64,000 bases of DNA from Thermoanaerobaculia bacterium. Lineage in GTDB: Bacteria; Acidobacteriota; Thermoanaerobaculia; Multivoradales; JAGPDF01. Shown here one piece after another: positions 26,331 through 34,865 of this stretch. Made by a program: the position numbers and the translations under genes. Under the pieces are notes generated by a model. That model saw only the letters and a program-made list of their open reading frames with translations, was not told the DNA's origin and did no database searches. The DNA lies in the NCBI GenBank assembly GCA_039932315.1, contig JBDTQG010000015.1, positions 1,148 through 65,147 on the forward strand, given 5' to 3'. How positions within the stretch are numbered: the stretch's first letter is position 1; every line of letters starts with the position of its first letter.

Positions 26331-26455
26331 CCGCCGGCCATTTCTCCCGGAGGCCGGCGTCGCGACCGGTCCGCCCCGTTCGTTCGTTTACTAAGCGTGC
26401 CCTTCTCAGCCGGAGCCAGGCGCAGGAAAGTGACGAACGTATTCGAGAGGTTCTC

Positions 26456-27931
26456 GTGAGCGGGCGAAGATCTCTCGCCCTGCTAACTGCTCTCGCGGTC
26501 CTTTCGGGCTGCACCGCCGGTCACCGGATCACGCGCTTTCAGCCCGACGAGCGGGTCTCCTCGAGTCATCGCGGTGTCTACTACGCGCTGCCGCGAACGG
26601 TGCTTCAAGTGACGGTCGAGGCGAAGCGGACGGAGACACTTGCGAGAGGCTGCTTTGAGGCGTTGATTGGGTCGCCCGTCGCGGGACCGCTTGCCGGGAA
26701 ATTGCTCTGGGAGTCGTTGAAGTTCGCCGAGGCGCCGGAGGCGGGCGGGGCTTTCTCGGTGGAGGGCGTTCCAGCGGTCAGCGCGCTTGCGGAGCCGGAT
26801 CCTCGTCAGATCTTCAAGGCGGACCTCGATTCGAGCTTCTGGATCCAGCGCAAGATCGAGCTCAATTTCGGACCGTTGGGGGTGCTCGAGTCGGCGAGTT
26901 CGCTGGCACAGAGCCAGGCGCTCGATTTCGTCGCGGGCGTCGTGAAAGTGGCGGGAGCGGCTTTCACGATGGACTTCTCGCCCACCGTCGGCATCGCTCC
27001 GAACCTCGCAGCGAACCTCGTCGAGCGTTGCCGGCCATACGCGGAGCAGATCGTCGAGGATCGCGAATTTCTCGAGTCGATTCCGAACAGGGTGAGGGAC
27101 GGTCTGTTGCCGCGAGCTTCGGCGGATTGGCTCCTGGAGGCGCTGGACTCCCGTATTCAGCGGAACCTGGGCAAGTTCCTCGTCGAGAGGGAGAGCTCGG
27201 GGACGGTCTCCTGTTTCGTTCGCCCCGCCACGCGGGCTGAACCAGGGGCGCAGGCATCTGCGGGACCGCCTCGACCGACCGCCAAACCTCTGACGGAAGA
27301 GTTTGATGTGCTGAAGGTCTCCGCGAGCGGAGGATTCAGCTCCGGCGTCGACGCAGATTGCCTCATCCCCGGTGAATTTCAGGCAGCCCGGCCGAAAGTG
27401 TCGATCGGAATCGAGAATGACTTCTCGCTTCACCTCGGAACGAAGGTGCTCGCGGATCAGGTCGTGAACGGTCTCTATGGGGCTCGCCTCGATCTCGCAC
27501 AGGACCCGGGCGACGAGCAGAGCTTCTACTACCGGATTCCGGCGGTCGCGCGGGTCACTCTCGAGAGTCGGCCGGTGGACAAGGGAAGTGTCGGCAGAGT
27601 CGTCGCCGTCCGCGACCTGATCGTGGCGCAGTACGGGATCGTTGCCTCCCTTCCGCGGCAGCGCGCGATGGAATCTCAGTATGCGTTGACCCTCGATCCG
27701 ATGACCGGCGCGCTCGTCAAGCTGTCGTCCGATCGCGAGGCGCTGGATGCGAAATTTCTGGGAACCCTCGAGGGGGTCGTGGCAGATCGCGTGCAAGCGC
27801 GCGACGCCGCGGCCGCCGCGAAGGCGGAAGCGGAGGATGAGCTGACTCAACTCGAAAGAGAGCGCAAGCTTCTCGACGAGCGCAAGAAGATCCGCGACCT
27901 GCGACTGGACCTTGGGGAGGACGCGCCGTAG
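26456..27931 (+). CDS. lipoprotein with C-terminal coiled coil (function unknown)
   Basis: ORF 26060..27931 trimmed to GTG 26456 (GAGAGG 6 nt upstream); the upstream part overlaps the transposase remnant. Lipobox: LALLTALAVLSGC. The early block GVYYALPRTVLQVTVEAK reminds me of DUF4831-type lipoproteins (unverified). Tail AKAEAEDELTQLERERKLLDERKKIRDLRLDL is coiled-coil-like. Confidence 0.7.
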   Translation: MSGRRSLALLTALAVLSGCTAGHRITRFQPDERVSSSHRGVYYALPRTVLQVTVEAKRTETLARGCFEALIGSPVAGPLAGKLLWESLKFAEAPEAGGAFSVEGVPAVSALAEPDPRQIFKADLDSSFWIQRKIELNFGPLGVLESASSLAQSQALDFVAGVVKVAGAAFTMDFSPTVGIAPNLAANLVERCRPYAEQIVEDREFLESIPNRVRDGLLPRASADWLLEALDSRIQRNLGKFLVERESSGTVSCFVRPATRAEPGAQASAGPPRPTAKPLTEEFDVLKVSASGGFSSGVDADCLIPGEFQAARPKVSIGIENDFSLHLGTKVLADQVVNGLYGARLDLAQDPGDEQSFYYRIPAVARVTLESRPVDKGSVGRVVAVRDLIVAQYGIVASLPRQRAMESQYALTLDPMTGALVKLSSDREALDAKFLGTLEGVVADRVQARDAAAAAKAEAEDELTQLERERKLLDERKKIRDLRLDLGEDAP

Positions 27932-27956
27932 TCGAGGCGCAGTGGAGGTTTTCATC

Positions 27957-29480
27957 GTGCCCAGGTATGTGATGAGTCATCGCCGGGCCGGCCGCTTTCT
28001 CGCGACCGAGAAGCTCGCTTCACGGGCGGCATTGGCTTCGACGTGGAGTCGCGTGCAGCAGCTCGCTTCGACGAATGTGGTCTTCGACGGCCGGCCGGAG
28101 GACGAGCTCGCGCGGCGGGTCGTGGTGTTCGATGCCCAGCCGGGCGAGCTCGCCGGGATCGCGGCGGCGGCAGGTCCGGATGTGCTCATCGAGCCCGAGC
28201 TTCTGCGCTGGCCTTCGATCGTCTACCCGCCGCAGTTCCGCGGGCTGCAGAAGACGGGGAGTTTCGCGCCGCTCGCGGCGGCGCCGGCGGGGCGGGGGCG
28301 GACGTTCGAGGCCGAGGCGTTCTCGCACGGTGAGCCGCTCGCGCATGCGACGGTCTATCTCTTTCTCCAGGGGAGCGACGGCCGGCAGACGTCGGTCGAG
28401 CGCGAGACCGGTGCGGATGGCAAGGTCGCCTTCGAACACAGCGCGTTCTGGACGCCGGGTGCCATTCTCGTGCTGCCCTACTGTTCGGCCTGGGGCACCG
28501 TCGTGCGCGGGCCACGGAGCCCCATCGCGATCGATTGTCCGAGCCTCGATCCCGGCACCGGCGCGCACTCGTCACCCTGGTGGCATGCGCTCTTTCACCT
28601 CAAAGAGTCGGACCGCAAGCGCGGCGATGGAATCCGGGTCGGTATCTGCGATACCGGCGTGGGGCCTCATCCGGACCTCGCGCACGTCGTCGACGCCGGG
28701 GCGTTTCTGGACGGGGCGTTTCTCGAGGGCCAGGCGGCGGACGTCGACAGTCACGGGACGCACGTCGCGGGAATCGTCGGCGCGCATTCGCGGTCCGAAG
28801 GACGGACCGGTATCGCGCCCGCATGCGCGCTGTTGATGGCGCGCATCTTTCCTCCCGGGGGCGGCGCGAGTCAGGCGGACGTTGCGAACGCGATCGACGC
28901 TCTGTCGAAGACGCACGAGTGCGATCTGCTCAATCTTTCCCTGGGCAGCAGCTACGCCTCGGAGATCGAGCGCGATGCCCTCGAGGACGCTTTCGAGCGC
29001 GGGACGCTCGCGATCTGTGCGGCGGGCAACGAGGCCGGCGCGGTCTCTTTTCCCGCGAGCTACGACGTCACGGTGGCGGTTTCGGCCCTCGGCCTCTCGG
29101 GCTGGGGGCCGGCCGACTCGGATGCCAACCTCGATCTGCCGCAGGACGCCGACCGCTACGGCGACGACAATCTCTATCTCGCCGGCTTCAGCTGTTTCGG
29201 GAGGGAAGTCGATGCCGCCGGTCCCGGAGTCGGCATCGTCTCGACCGTTCCGGAGCGCCACGGTTTCATCGCGCCGAGGGCGGAGATGTCGGGCACCTCG
29301 ATGGCGAGTCCGGCGGTCTGCGGCGCACTCGCAGTGCTGCTCGCCGCCGATCCGGTCTATCGCACCCTGCCGCGCGATTCGAGTCGCGCGGCACGGGCGC
29401 GCTCCCTCCTGCGACAGGCCTGCCGCGACGTCGGGCTCGATGCCACCTACGAAGGCGCCGGCGTTCCGGCGGTCGGTTGA
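27957..29480 (+). CDS. subtilisin-like serine peptidase (S8) with I9-like pro-region and prealbumin-like middle domain; no signal peptide seen
   Basis: ORF 27912..29480. GTG 27957 is preferred (GGAGG 8 nt upstream); ATG 27972 is an alternative. Catalytic triad blocks: GICDTGVGPH (Asp), DSHGTHVAGIVG (His), MSGTSMASPAVCG (Ser). N-terminus: VVVFDAQPGELAGIAAAAGPDVLIEPELL (propeptide-like). Middle: GEPLAHATVYLFLQGSDGRQTSVERETGADGKVAF (CarboxypepD_reg-like). Confidence 0.9.
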   Translation: MPRYVMSHRRAGRFLATEKLASRAALASTWSRVQQLASTNVVFDGRPEDELARRVVVFDAQPGELAGIAAAAGPDVLIEPELLRWPSIVYPPQFRGLQKTGSFAPLAAAPAGRGRTFEAEAFSHGEPLAHATVYLFLQGSDGRQTSVERETGADGKVAFEHSAFWTPGAILVLPYCSAWGTVVRGPRSPIAIDCPSLDPGTGAHSSPWWHALFHLKESDRKRGDGIRVGICDTGVGPHPDLAHVVDAGAFLDGAFLEGQAADVDSHGTHVAGIVGAHSRSEGRTGIAPACALLMARIFPPGGGASQADVANAIDALSKTHECDLLNLSLGSSYASEIERDALEDAFERGTLAICAAGNEAGAVSFPASYDVTVAVSALGLSGWGPADSDANLDLPQDADRYGDDNLYLAGFSCFGREVDAAGPGVGIVSTVPERHGFIAPRAEMSGTSMASPAVCGALAVLLAADPVYRTLPRDSSRAARARSLLRQACRDVGLDATYEGAGVPAVG

Positions 29481-29498
29481 GATGAGCGTCGGAAACGA

Positions 29499-29768
29499 GT
29501 GGTGCTTCCGCCAGGTCCGTTTCAGCGCCTGCTCATGATCGGCGAGATCGAAACCTATGTCGTCGCACTCCGGCGTGAGCTCCGCGAGTGGGCTCCCGCC
29601 GACTGGCAGCAGCAGGTGCGCGCGCTGGTCGACGAGATCGTGCCGATCCAGGCCTCTGCGGAGCGGATGCAGGTCGTCACCGACCCGGAATCTATCGCGC
29701 GCATCCGCGCGGCGCTTGGCGGCTTCCTGCATATCGAGACGCTCGACCCGCGCTTCCCGTCGGCCTGA
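29499..29768 (+). CDS. small protein resembling a free-standing subtilase propeptide (inhibitor I9-like)
   Basis: 89-aa ORF (GTG 29499; ATG 29535 alternative) starting 18 nt after the S8 stop. YVVALRRE... and ERMQVVTDPESIARIRAALGGFLHIETLDPRFPS align by eye (about 13 of 31 positions) with the S8 N-terminal RRVVVFDAQPGELAGIAAAAGPDVLIEPELLRWPS. Confidence 0.5.
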   Translation: MVLPPGPFQRLLMIGEIETYVVALRRELREWAPADWQQQVRALVDEIVPIQASAERMQVVTDPESIARIRAALGGFLHIETLDPRFPSA

Positions 29769-29873
29769 ATTACCTCGAAACGACCGATTCCTGCCAGAAG
29801 GGTTACGTCGAACGGAGAAAGGGCGCGCTGATGCGCTACTTCGCCGGATAGCCGGTCGGCCTGGGCAGCCGGA

Positions 29874-30947
29874 TCAGATCTTGCCGGCGTCGAGATCGCG
29901 GAGAAAAGCGAGCAGGCCGGTGAAGTAGGTCTGTTGGTCGTCGTACATCGCGCAGTGGCCGCCGTTCGGACAGGCGAGGAGGCGTCCGTGCGGGAGCTGC
30001 TGCGCCATCCACGCCATGTGCTTCGGATCCATCGTGTCGTGGGCGCCGGAAATGACCAGCGTCGGCACGGCGATCTTCGGGAGATCGCCGCTGCGGTCCC
30101 AGCTCACGAGCTTGCCGGCGGCGCCCATCTCGCTCGGCCCCTGCATCGGAACGTAGATGGAGCGATTGATGTGGCCGAAGGCGCGGAGGACAGGGTCCGG
30201 CCACTGGGCGAACGGCATGCGCAGCAGATGCTCCTCGTAGTACGGCGTGAGGAGCTCCATGTAGCGCGGAGACTCGTTCTCCTTGCGGCGTTCGAGCTCG
30301 AGGATCTCGTGCAGCACCGCGGGATCCATCGCCGGCATCAGGACTTCATGGGCGTACCTGTTGTAGGCCGGAATGCTCGACATCATGTTCGAGATCACCA
30401 GCCCCTTGAGATTCTCGCCATGCGCGAGCGCGTATTCGATGGCAAGCAATCCGCCCCACGAGTGTCCGAGGAGAACGAAGTTGTCCCGGTTCAGGCCGAG
30501 CGCGACGCGCACCTGTTCGACTTCGTCGACGAAGCGGGGGAGCTCCCAGAGCGCGGGCTCGTTCGGTTGATCGCTGTAGGCCGCGCCCAGCTGGTCGTAG
30601 AAGTAGTACTCGACGCCGGCGCCTGGAAAGTAGCTGTCGAAGGCTTCGAAAACCTCGTGCGTGGCGCCCGGTCCGCCGTGCAGGAGCAGCACCTTGAGCC
30701 TCGGGTTGTTGCCGACCCGTTTCGTCCACACGGTGAACGTCCCCTTGGGCGTTGTGACCGGAATGCGCCGCACACCGCCCGCGAGGAGATCAGTTCTGCC
30801 CCGGTTGTCGAAGTAGCTTTCCGGCGCGGGAGCCGCGGTCGCGCTTCCTTCCGATGCCGATGCCCCTGCCGATGCCGCTGGCGGGCACGGCGCCGCGGTA
30901 CAGGCGAGAGTCAGCAGCGCACACGAAACCATCCCGAGCGATTTCAT
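29874..30947 (-). CDS. proline iminopeptidase-family alpha/beta hydrolase lipoprotein
   Basis: 357-aa ORF. Lipobox: CALLTLAC. LLLHGGPGATHE and nucleophile elbow LLGHSWGGLLA. C-terminal GGHCAMYDD. Typical of the proline-specific peptidase family. Confidence 0.85.
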   Translation of the reverse strand: MKSLGMVSCALLTLACTAAPCPPAASAGASASEGSATAAPAPESYFDNRGRTDLLAGGVRRIPVTTPKGTFTVWTKRVGNNPRLKVLLLHGGPGATHEVFEAFDSYFPGAGVEYYFYDQLGAAYSDQPNEPALWELPRFVDEVEQVRVALGLNRDNFVLLGHSWGGLLAIEYALAHGENLKGLVISNMMSSIPAYNRYAHEVLMPAMDPAVLHEILELERRKENESPRYMELLTPYYEEHLLRMPFAQWPDPVLRAFGHINRSIYVPMQGPSEMGAAGKLVSWDRSGDLPKIAVPTLVISGAHDTMDPKHMAWMAQQLPHGRLLACPNGGHCAMYDDQQTYFTGLLAFLRDLDAGKI

Positions 30948-31066
30948 CCCGTCCTCCGCGAATCCGAAGAGTTCGACGGGAGTTTAGACGGCTTTCGAAG
31001 CGCCGGCGCGCCGGACCGCGAGCTCAGGTTCCGGACGTCGAAGCGCCGATGTCGACGAGCGGACGG

Positions 31067-32752
31067 CTACGGGGCTGCCGGAGTCCATTCGGAGAGATCG
31101 GAGCTCTCGAAGCCGTCGCAGTAGAGGCATCCGTAGAGGACGAGGGCCGAGCCCGAGTTGTCGGGGAACGGCGCCACTTCATCGAGCGGTACGGCGACGA
31201 CGAGATCCGCGTGGCCGTCGCCGTTGAAGTCCCCGGCGCCGAGGAAAGCGCCGAAGAGGTCGTTCTGTTCGGCTTCGCCCGGCACTCCGGGCCGTTCGAG
31301 GTTCCAGCTCGTCGCGTAGGTCGCCGTGAGGTCGTTCGCGGAGCCGCGAAGAATCGTCACGGCGCCGGCACCGGTGAGCAGCGAAACCCGTTCGCCGAGG
31401 ACACCGATCGCGAGATCGTCGAAGCCGTCGCCGTCGAAGTCCGCTGCGACGAAGGCGCTGCCGAACCGCTCATCCTCGGCCGGGTCCCCGGGTACACCGG
31501 TCGAAGACTTGGTCCAGTATTGCGGCGTGTGCGCAAGCAGGACGCTCGAATTGCCGTAGAGAACGTGGACGGCGCCGGCGTTCTGAACCTCGCCCCCTTC
31601 CGGCCCGAGGTCTTCGTAGGAGACGCCGATGACCACATCGTCGAAGCCGTCGCCGTTGAAGTCTCCGGTGCCGAGAGTTGAACCGAACCAATCGAACTCC
31701 TCCTGCTGATCGGCGATTCCCGTGGTGTCCTGGGTGAGGAGCACGTCGCTCACCGCGTTCGGCCCGGACGCGTTGCTGTAGATGATGTGGACGCCGCCGC
31801 TCCTCGCCACGGCGCCCCAGTGATCGACGCCGATCGCGAGGTCGTCGAAGCCGCTGCCGTTCCAGTCACCGGCGACGACAGTCCGCGCGAAGTGGTCGTT
31901 GCCGAACGAGTCGGAGTTGATCCCGGTCGTGTCTTCGTCGAAGGTCTGAGCGCCGTCGACGACGATGCCGACGTTCGAGCCGTAGAAGACGAAGAGGCGG
32001 CCGGCATCGCCGTTGCCTCCGACGCTCTCCGACGGCACGCCGACGAGGAGCTCGTCGAAACCGTCGCCGTCGAGATCTCCTGTCGCCAGGACTTCGCCGA
32101 AACGGTCGTCCGTCCCTGCCTGATCGGGCACTCCCGCGATGTCCTCGTGTAGCAGCTTCCGGCGGGTCTCGAGCGCCTGATCCCTATTCGCGGCGCCGTA
32201 GCGGATCTCGACCGCTCCCGCATTGCTGATCGCCCCGAGGTCTTCGCCGGGAATGCCGACGGCGAGATCGGCGAAGCCGTCGTGGTCGAAGTCGCCGACG
32301 GCGAGCGCGCCGCCGAAAAAGTCCCCGGACTCGGGGTCGTCGACCGAGCTCGTGCCGCCCTGCCAGAGGTATTTGACGACGAAGCCGTTCGGGAGTCCGC
32401 TGCCCGCAGCGCCCCAGCGGATCTGCACCTGTCCAACCTCCGAAAGCGCGAAAATCGGCTGGTCGTCGTAGTGAATGCCGATCGCCAGGTCGTCGACACC
32501 ATCGCCGTCGAAATCCCCCGCGGCCACCGCATTGCCGGAGAACTCCTGCCCGTTCGTGGGGCCATGCAGCGGATAGTCGGTGCTCTCGTAGAAGAGCTGC
32601 GCGTGCGGCGTCGCGGGACCGACGGCGGCCTGCGCCGCGGCGGAAAACAGCACGAACAGCACGGTACAGGTCCATCGCAGGAGCGAACGGCCCTCCTGAA
32701 TGGGGCGGAGACGATCCGGTCCTGCGGAAAGCGACGGGCGAATGGCATTCAT
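31067..32752 (-). CDS. secreted FG-GAP (integrin-alpha-like) repeat protein
   Basis: 561-aa ORF. Signal peptide: LLRWTCTVLFVLFSAAAQA. Eight or more units of the type FG.ALA.GDFDGDGFDDLA.G. C-terminal tail: LYCDGFESSDLSEWTPAAP. Confidence 0.9.
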   Translation of the reverse strand: MNAIRPSLSAGPDRLRPIQEGRSLLRWTCTVLFVLFSAAAQAAVGPATPHAQLFYESTDYPLHGPTNGQEFSGNAVAAGDFDGDGVDDLAIGIHYDDQPIFALSEVGQVQIRWGAAGSGLPNGFVVKYLWQGGTSSVDDPESGDFFGGALAVGDFDHDGFADLAVGIPGEDLGAISNAGAVEIRYGAANRDQALETRRKLLHEDIAGVPDQAGTDDRFGEVLATGDLDGDGFDELLVGVPSESVGGNGDAGRLFVFYGSNVGIVVDGAQTFDEDTTGINSDSFGNDHFARTVVAGDWNGSGFDDLAIGVDHWGAVARSGGVHIIYSNASGPNAVSDVLLTQDTTGIADQQEEFDWFGSTLGTGDFNGDGFDDVVIGVSYEDLGPEGGEVQNAGAVHVLYGNSSVLLAHTPQYWTKSSTGVPGDPAEDERFGSAFVAADFDGDGFDDLAIGVLGERVSLLTGAGAVTILRGSANDLTATYATSWNLERPGVPGEAEQNDLFGAFLGAGDFNGDGHADLVVAVPLDEVAPFPDNSGSALVLYGCLYCDGFESSDLSEWTPAAP

Positions 32753-32824
32753 GGCGATCCTCTTTTCTGTGAGCTCTCGCTACGCGCAAAGGCGTGCCGC
32801 CAGGGGCCAGATATCATTCGCTCC

Positions 32825-33451
32825 GTGTCCGCACCCCGCCTTCTCGTCGACTATCCGCGCCGTGCGCACCTCGAATTCTTCCGCCGGCATCCCAACCCGT
32901 TCTATGCCCTGACCTTCGAGCTCGACGTGACCCGGGTGCGCAGCCGCGCGAAGGAGGTCGGGGGCTCGACTTACGCGGCGATGGTCTGGGCTTACCACCG
33001 CGCCCTGATCGGACTCGACGCTTTCCGCACGCGTCTCTCGGGTGACGAGGTGGTGCTCCATGACTCGTTGCGGATCGGCATGACGGTGCCGGCGCCGGGA
33101 CGGACGTTCTCGTTCGCGAGTCTCGAGTGGCAGGCGGAGGCGGAGGAATTTCTCGCCGCGGCGGCGATCGAGATGCGCCGCTCTTCCGCCGTGATCGATC
33201 TGTCGGGCGGCGCCGCGCCGGACTTCGCGTACTACACCTCGCTGCCGCGCATGCCGTTCACGAGCTTCACGCATGTCGCACTGCCCGACCGGGAAGCGGG
33301 CCAGCCGGGAACCGCATTCGGAAAGTTCCGCGAAGAGAAAGGACGGACGCTGGTGCCGGTGGGTCTGCAGGTCAATCACCTCTTCATCGACGGCGCCGAC
33401 CTGGGCGACCTCTATGAGGCGGCGAGCGACAGCTTCGAGCGCGCCTTCTGA
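32825..33451 (+). CDS. chloramphenicol-acetyltransferase-like (CAT family) acyltransferase
   Basis: ORF 32282..33451 trimmed to GTG 32825; upstream is antisense to the FG-GAP gene. CAT-like start: YPRRAHLEFFRRHPNPFYALTFELDVT. Catalytic block: GLQVNHLFIDGADLGDLY (compare H-H-x-x-x-DG). Start uncertain. Confidence 0.7.
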   Translation: MSAPRLLVDYPRRAHLEFFRRHPNPFYALTFELDVTRVRSRAKEVGGSTYAAMVWAYHRALIGLDAFRTRLSGDEVVLHDSLRIGMTVPAPGRTFSFASLEWQAEAEEFLAAAAIEMRRSSAVIDLSGGAAPDFAYYTSLPRMPFTSFTHVALPDREAGQPGTAFGKFREEKGRTLVPVGLQVNHLFIDGADLGDLYEAASDSFERAF

Positions 33452-33473
33452 CGGCCTCCGGCTGAATCCGCAG

Positions 33474-34865
33474 TCAGTGCGGACGCGATCCGGGGAGGCC
33501 AGGAAGCGTCAGGCGTGCGACGGCACCTGCTGTCCTGCCATTCTCGAGCGTGATCTCTCCACCGTGGCGCTGAGCGATCTCCTGGACCAGCGTCAATCCG
33601 AGACCCCTGCCGTCCCGCTTGGTGGAAAAAAATGGCGTGAAGATCTGGGCCGCGGCGTCGATCGTGAGGCCGTGTCCGGAGTCGGCCACCTGGACGGCAA
33701 CGGAGCGGTCCGCGGGAAGGAGCGTGATCTCGACCAGTCCGCCGTCGGGAGTCGCTTCGAACGCGTTGCGCAGAAGATTGAGCAGGGCCTGTTCGATCTG
33801 CTCGCGGTCGGCGAGGGCCGCGTAGCTCGTGGCGGGGAGGTCGAGCGTCAAGCGGAGACTCCGGCGCTCGGCTTCCGGACGGTGCAGCGTCACGAGGTCG
33901 GAGAGAATCGCGCCGAGGTCGAGCGATTGCAGATTGGGCTCGGGAATCCGGACGACCTCCGCGAAGCCGTCGACGAACGCCGCCAGATGGCGGACGCGCC
34001 GTGCCGCGACGTCGAGGGCGTGGTCGACCTCCCCGTCATCACCAGCTCCGCCGCGAGGTGCGGCGCCGGCTCCTGCGGCTCCCGTCGCGCGCAGGATCTC
34101 GCGCGACGAGTCAAGGATCGAACTGACGGCGCCCGCCGAGTTGTTGACCTCGTGTGAGACCAGCCGGATCACCTTTTCGTAAGCGGCGCGCTCGCTGGCG
34201 CGGAGCTCTACCGTCATCTCCTCGATGAGGAGAAACGTGCGCTCGAAGCCGCGGTCCTGGAACTCAGCGCGCGAGAGGCGGGCGCGGCGACCGTTGCCCA
34301 GGGAAAGGACCCGCACATCTCCGGGAGTGAGCGCCGCAGCGACCTCACCGAATGGCGAGGGCAGTGCTTCGACGAGCTTGCCGACGAATCCGCTCGCGTC
34401 CGAGGCCAGAAGACCGGAGGCCAGACCGGAAGTCATCAGTCGCGCGGCGGCCGGATTCACCAGGTCGACGCGCGAGTCGAGGTCGAGCATCACGACGCCG
34501 GCGGGCGATGCGGCGACAAGCTTGCCCAGCAGGAGATCGCGCTCTTCGAGCCGCAGCCGTTCGCGCTGCAACTCCTCGGAGAGGGAGTTGAAGAGCTGGA
34601 CGAGGTCGTCGACATCGCGCTGGCCGAAGAGACGGAAGCGCGTAGCGAAGTCGCCCTCGGCGAGGAGCTCGCGGCCGCCGCGGGCAAGCTGGCGGGCGGC
34701 ACCGCCCAGACGAAGAAGCCGCCATGAGACCGCGAGGGATAGCAGAACGGCGAGCTCGGCGGCGACCAGTCCCGTCGCAGAGGTTCCCGCAGCGAACCCG
34801 GCGAGTCCGGCGAGCGGTACGTGCAGCAGCACGACGAGGAGGACGACACGCCGGGCGAGGGTCAT
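33474..34865 (-). CDS. membrane sensor histidine kinase (NtrB-like partner of the sigma-54 regulator)
   Basis: 463-aa ORF. Two N-terminal hydrophobic segments and a PAS-like middle. H-box: RLVSHEVNNSAGAV. N-box: LLNLLRNAFEA. G-boxes: VADSGHGL, FFSTKRDGRGLGL. ATG 34865 overlaps the upstream stop (ATGA). Confidence 0.85.
   Translation of the reverse strand: MTLARRVVLLVVLLHVPLAGLAGFAAGTSATGLVAAELAVLLSLAVSWRLLRLGGAARQLARGGRELLAEGDFATRFRLFGQRDVDDLVQLFNSLSEELQRERLRLEERDLLLGKLVAASPAGVVMLDLDSRVDLVNPAAARLMTSGLASGLLASDASGFVGKLVEALPSPFGEVAAALTPGDVRVLSLGNGRRARLSRAEFQDRGFERTFLLIEEMTVELRASERAAYEKVIRLVSHEVNNSAGAVSSILDSSREILRATGAAGAGAAPRGGAGDDGEVDHALDVAARRVRHLAAFVDGFAEVVRIPEPNLQSLDLGAILSDLVTLHRPEAERRSLRLTLDLPATSYAALADREQIEQALLNLLRNAFEATPDGGLVEITLLPADRSVAVQVADSGHGLTIDAAAQIFTPFFSTKRDGRGLGLTLVQEIAQRHGGEITLENGRTAGAVARLTLPGLPGSRPH

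Larger units (their letters stand above)
22004..26455. other. low-GC genomic island (probable horizontal acquisition)
   Basis: Hand-counted G+C of 60-nt lines inside the island: 22381 = 52%, 22501 = 37%, 23881 = 48%, 25141 = 57%. Flanks: 70% at 21601 and 67-68% at 26761/26881. Lys/Glu/Ser-rich proteins contrast with Arg/Ala-rich neighbours. A decayed transposase lies at the right edge. Confidence 0.7.

Noticed and set aside
21990-26460. Direct repeats (att-like) flanking the low-GC island
   Set aside because: Only weak resemblances were seen by eye: TTCGTTCAC near 22085 versus TTCGTTTAC near 26385, and ACTAAG...GCCGG at both ends. Not convincing without a computed alignment.
26483-27955. 490-aa minus-strand ORF
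   Set aside because: Antisense to the lipoprotein gene. Arg-rich, no motifs, no plausible start context.
27957-29480. Possibility that the S8 peptidase is the protease half of an IetAS-type anti-phage pair
   Set aside because: No ATPase gene is adjacent; the neighbours are a lipoprotein and an I9-like small ORF. There is no support from sequence for that system.
28572-29732. 386-aa minus-strand ORF, and + ORFs 28075..28836 and 28535..29485
   Set aside because: They overlap the S8 peptidase gene, whose frame alone contains the D/H/S triad blocks. The alternatives are Arg/Ser/Gly-rich.
33467-33483. Hairpin TCCGCA-GTCAG-TGCGGA between the convergent CAT-like and kinase genes, considered as a bidirectional terminator
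   Set aside because: It has only a 6-bp stem and no U-tract, and it overlaps the kinase stop codon. Insufficient evidence.
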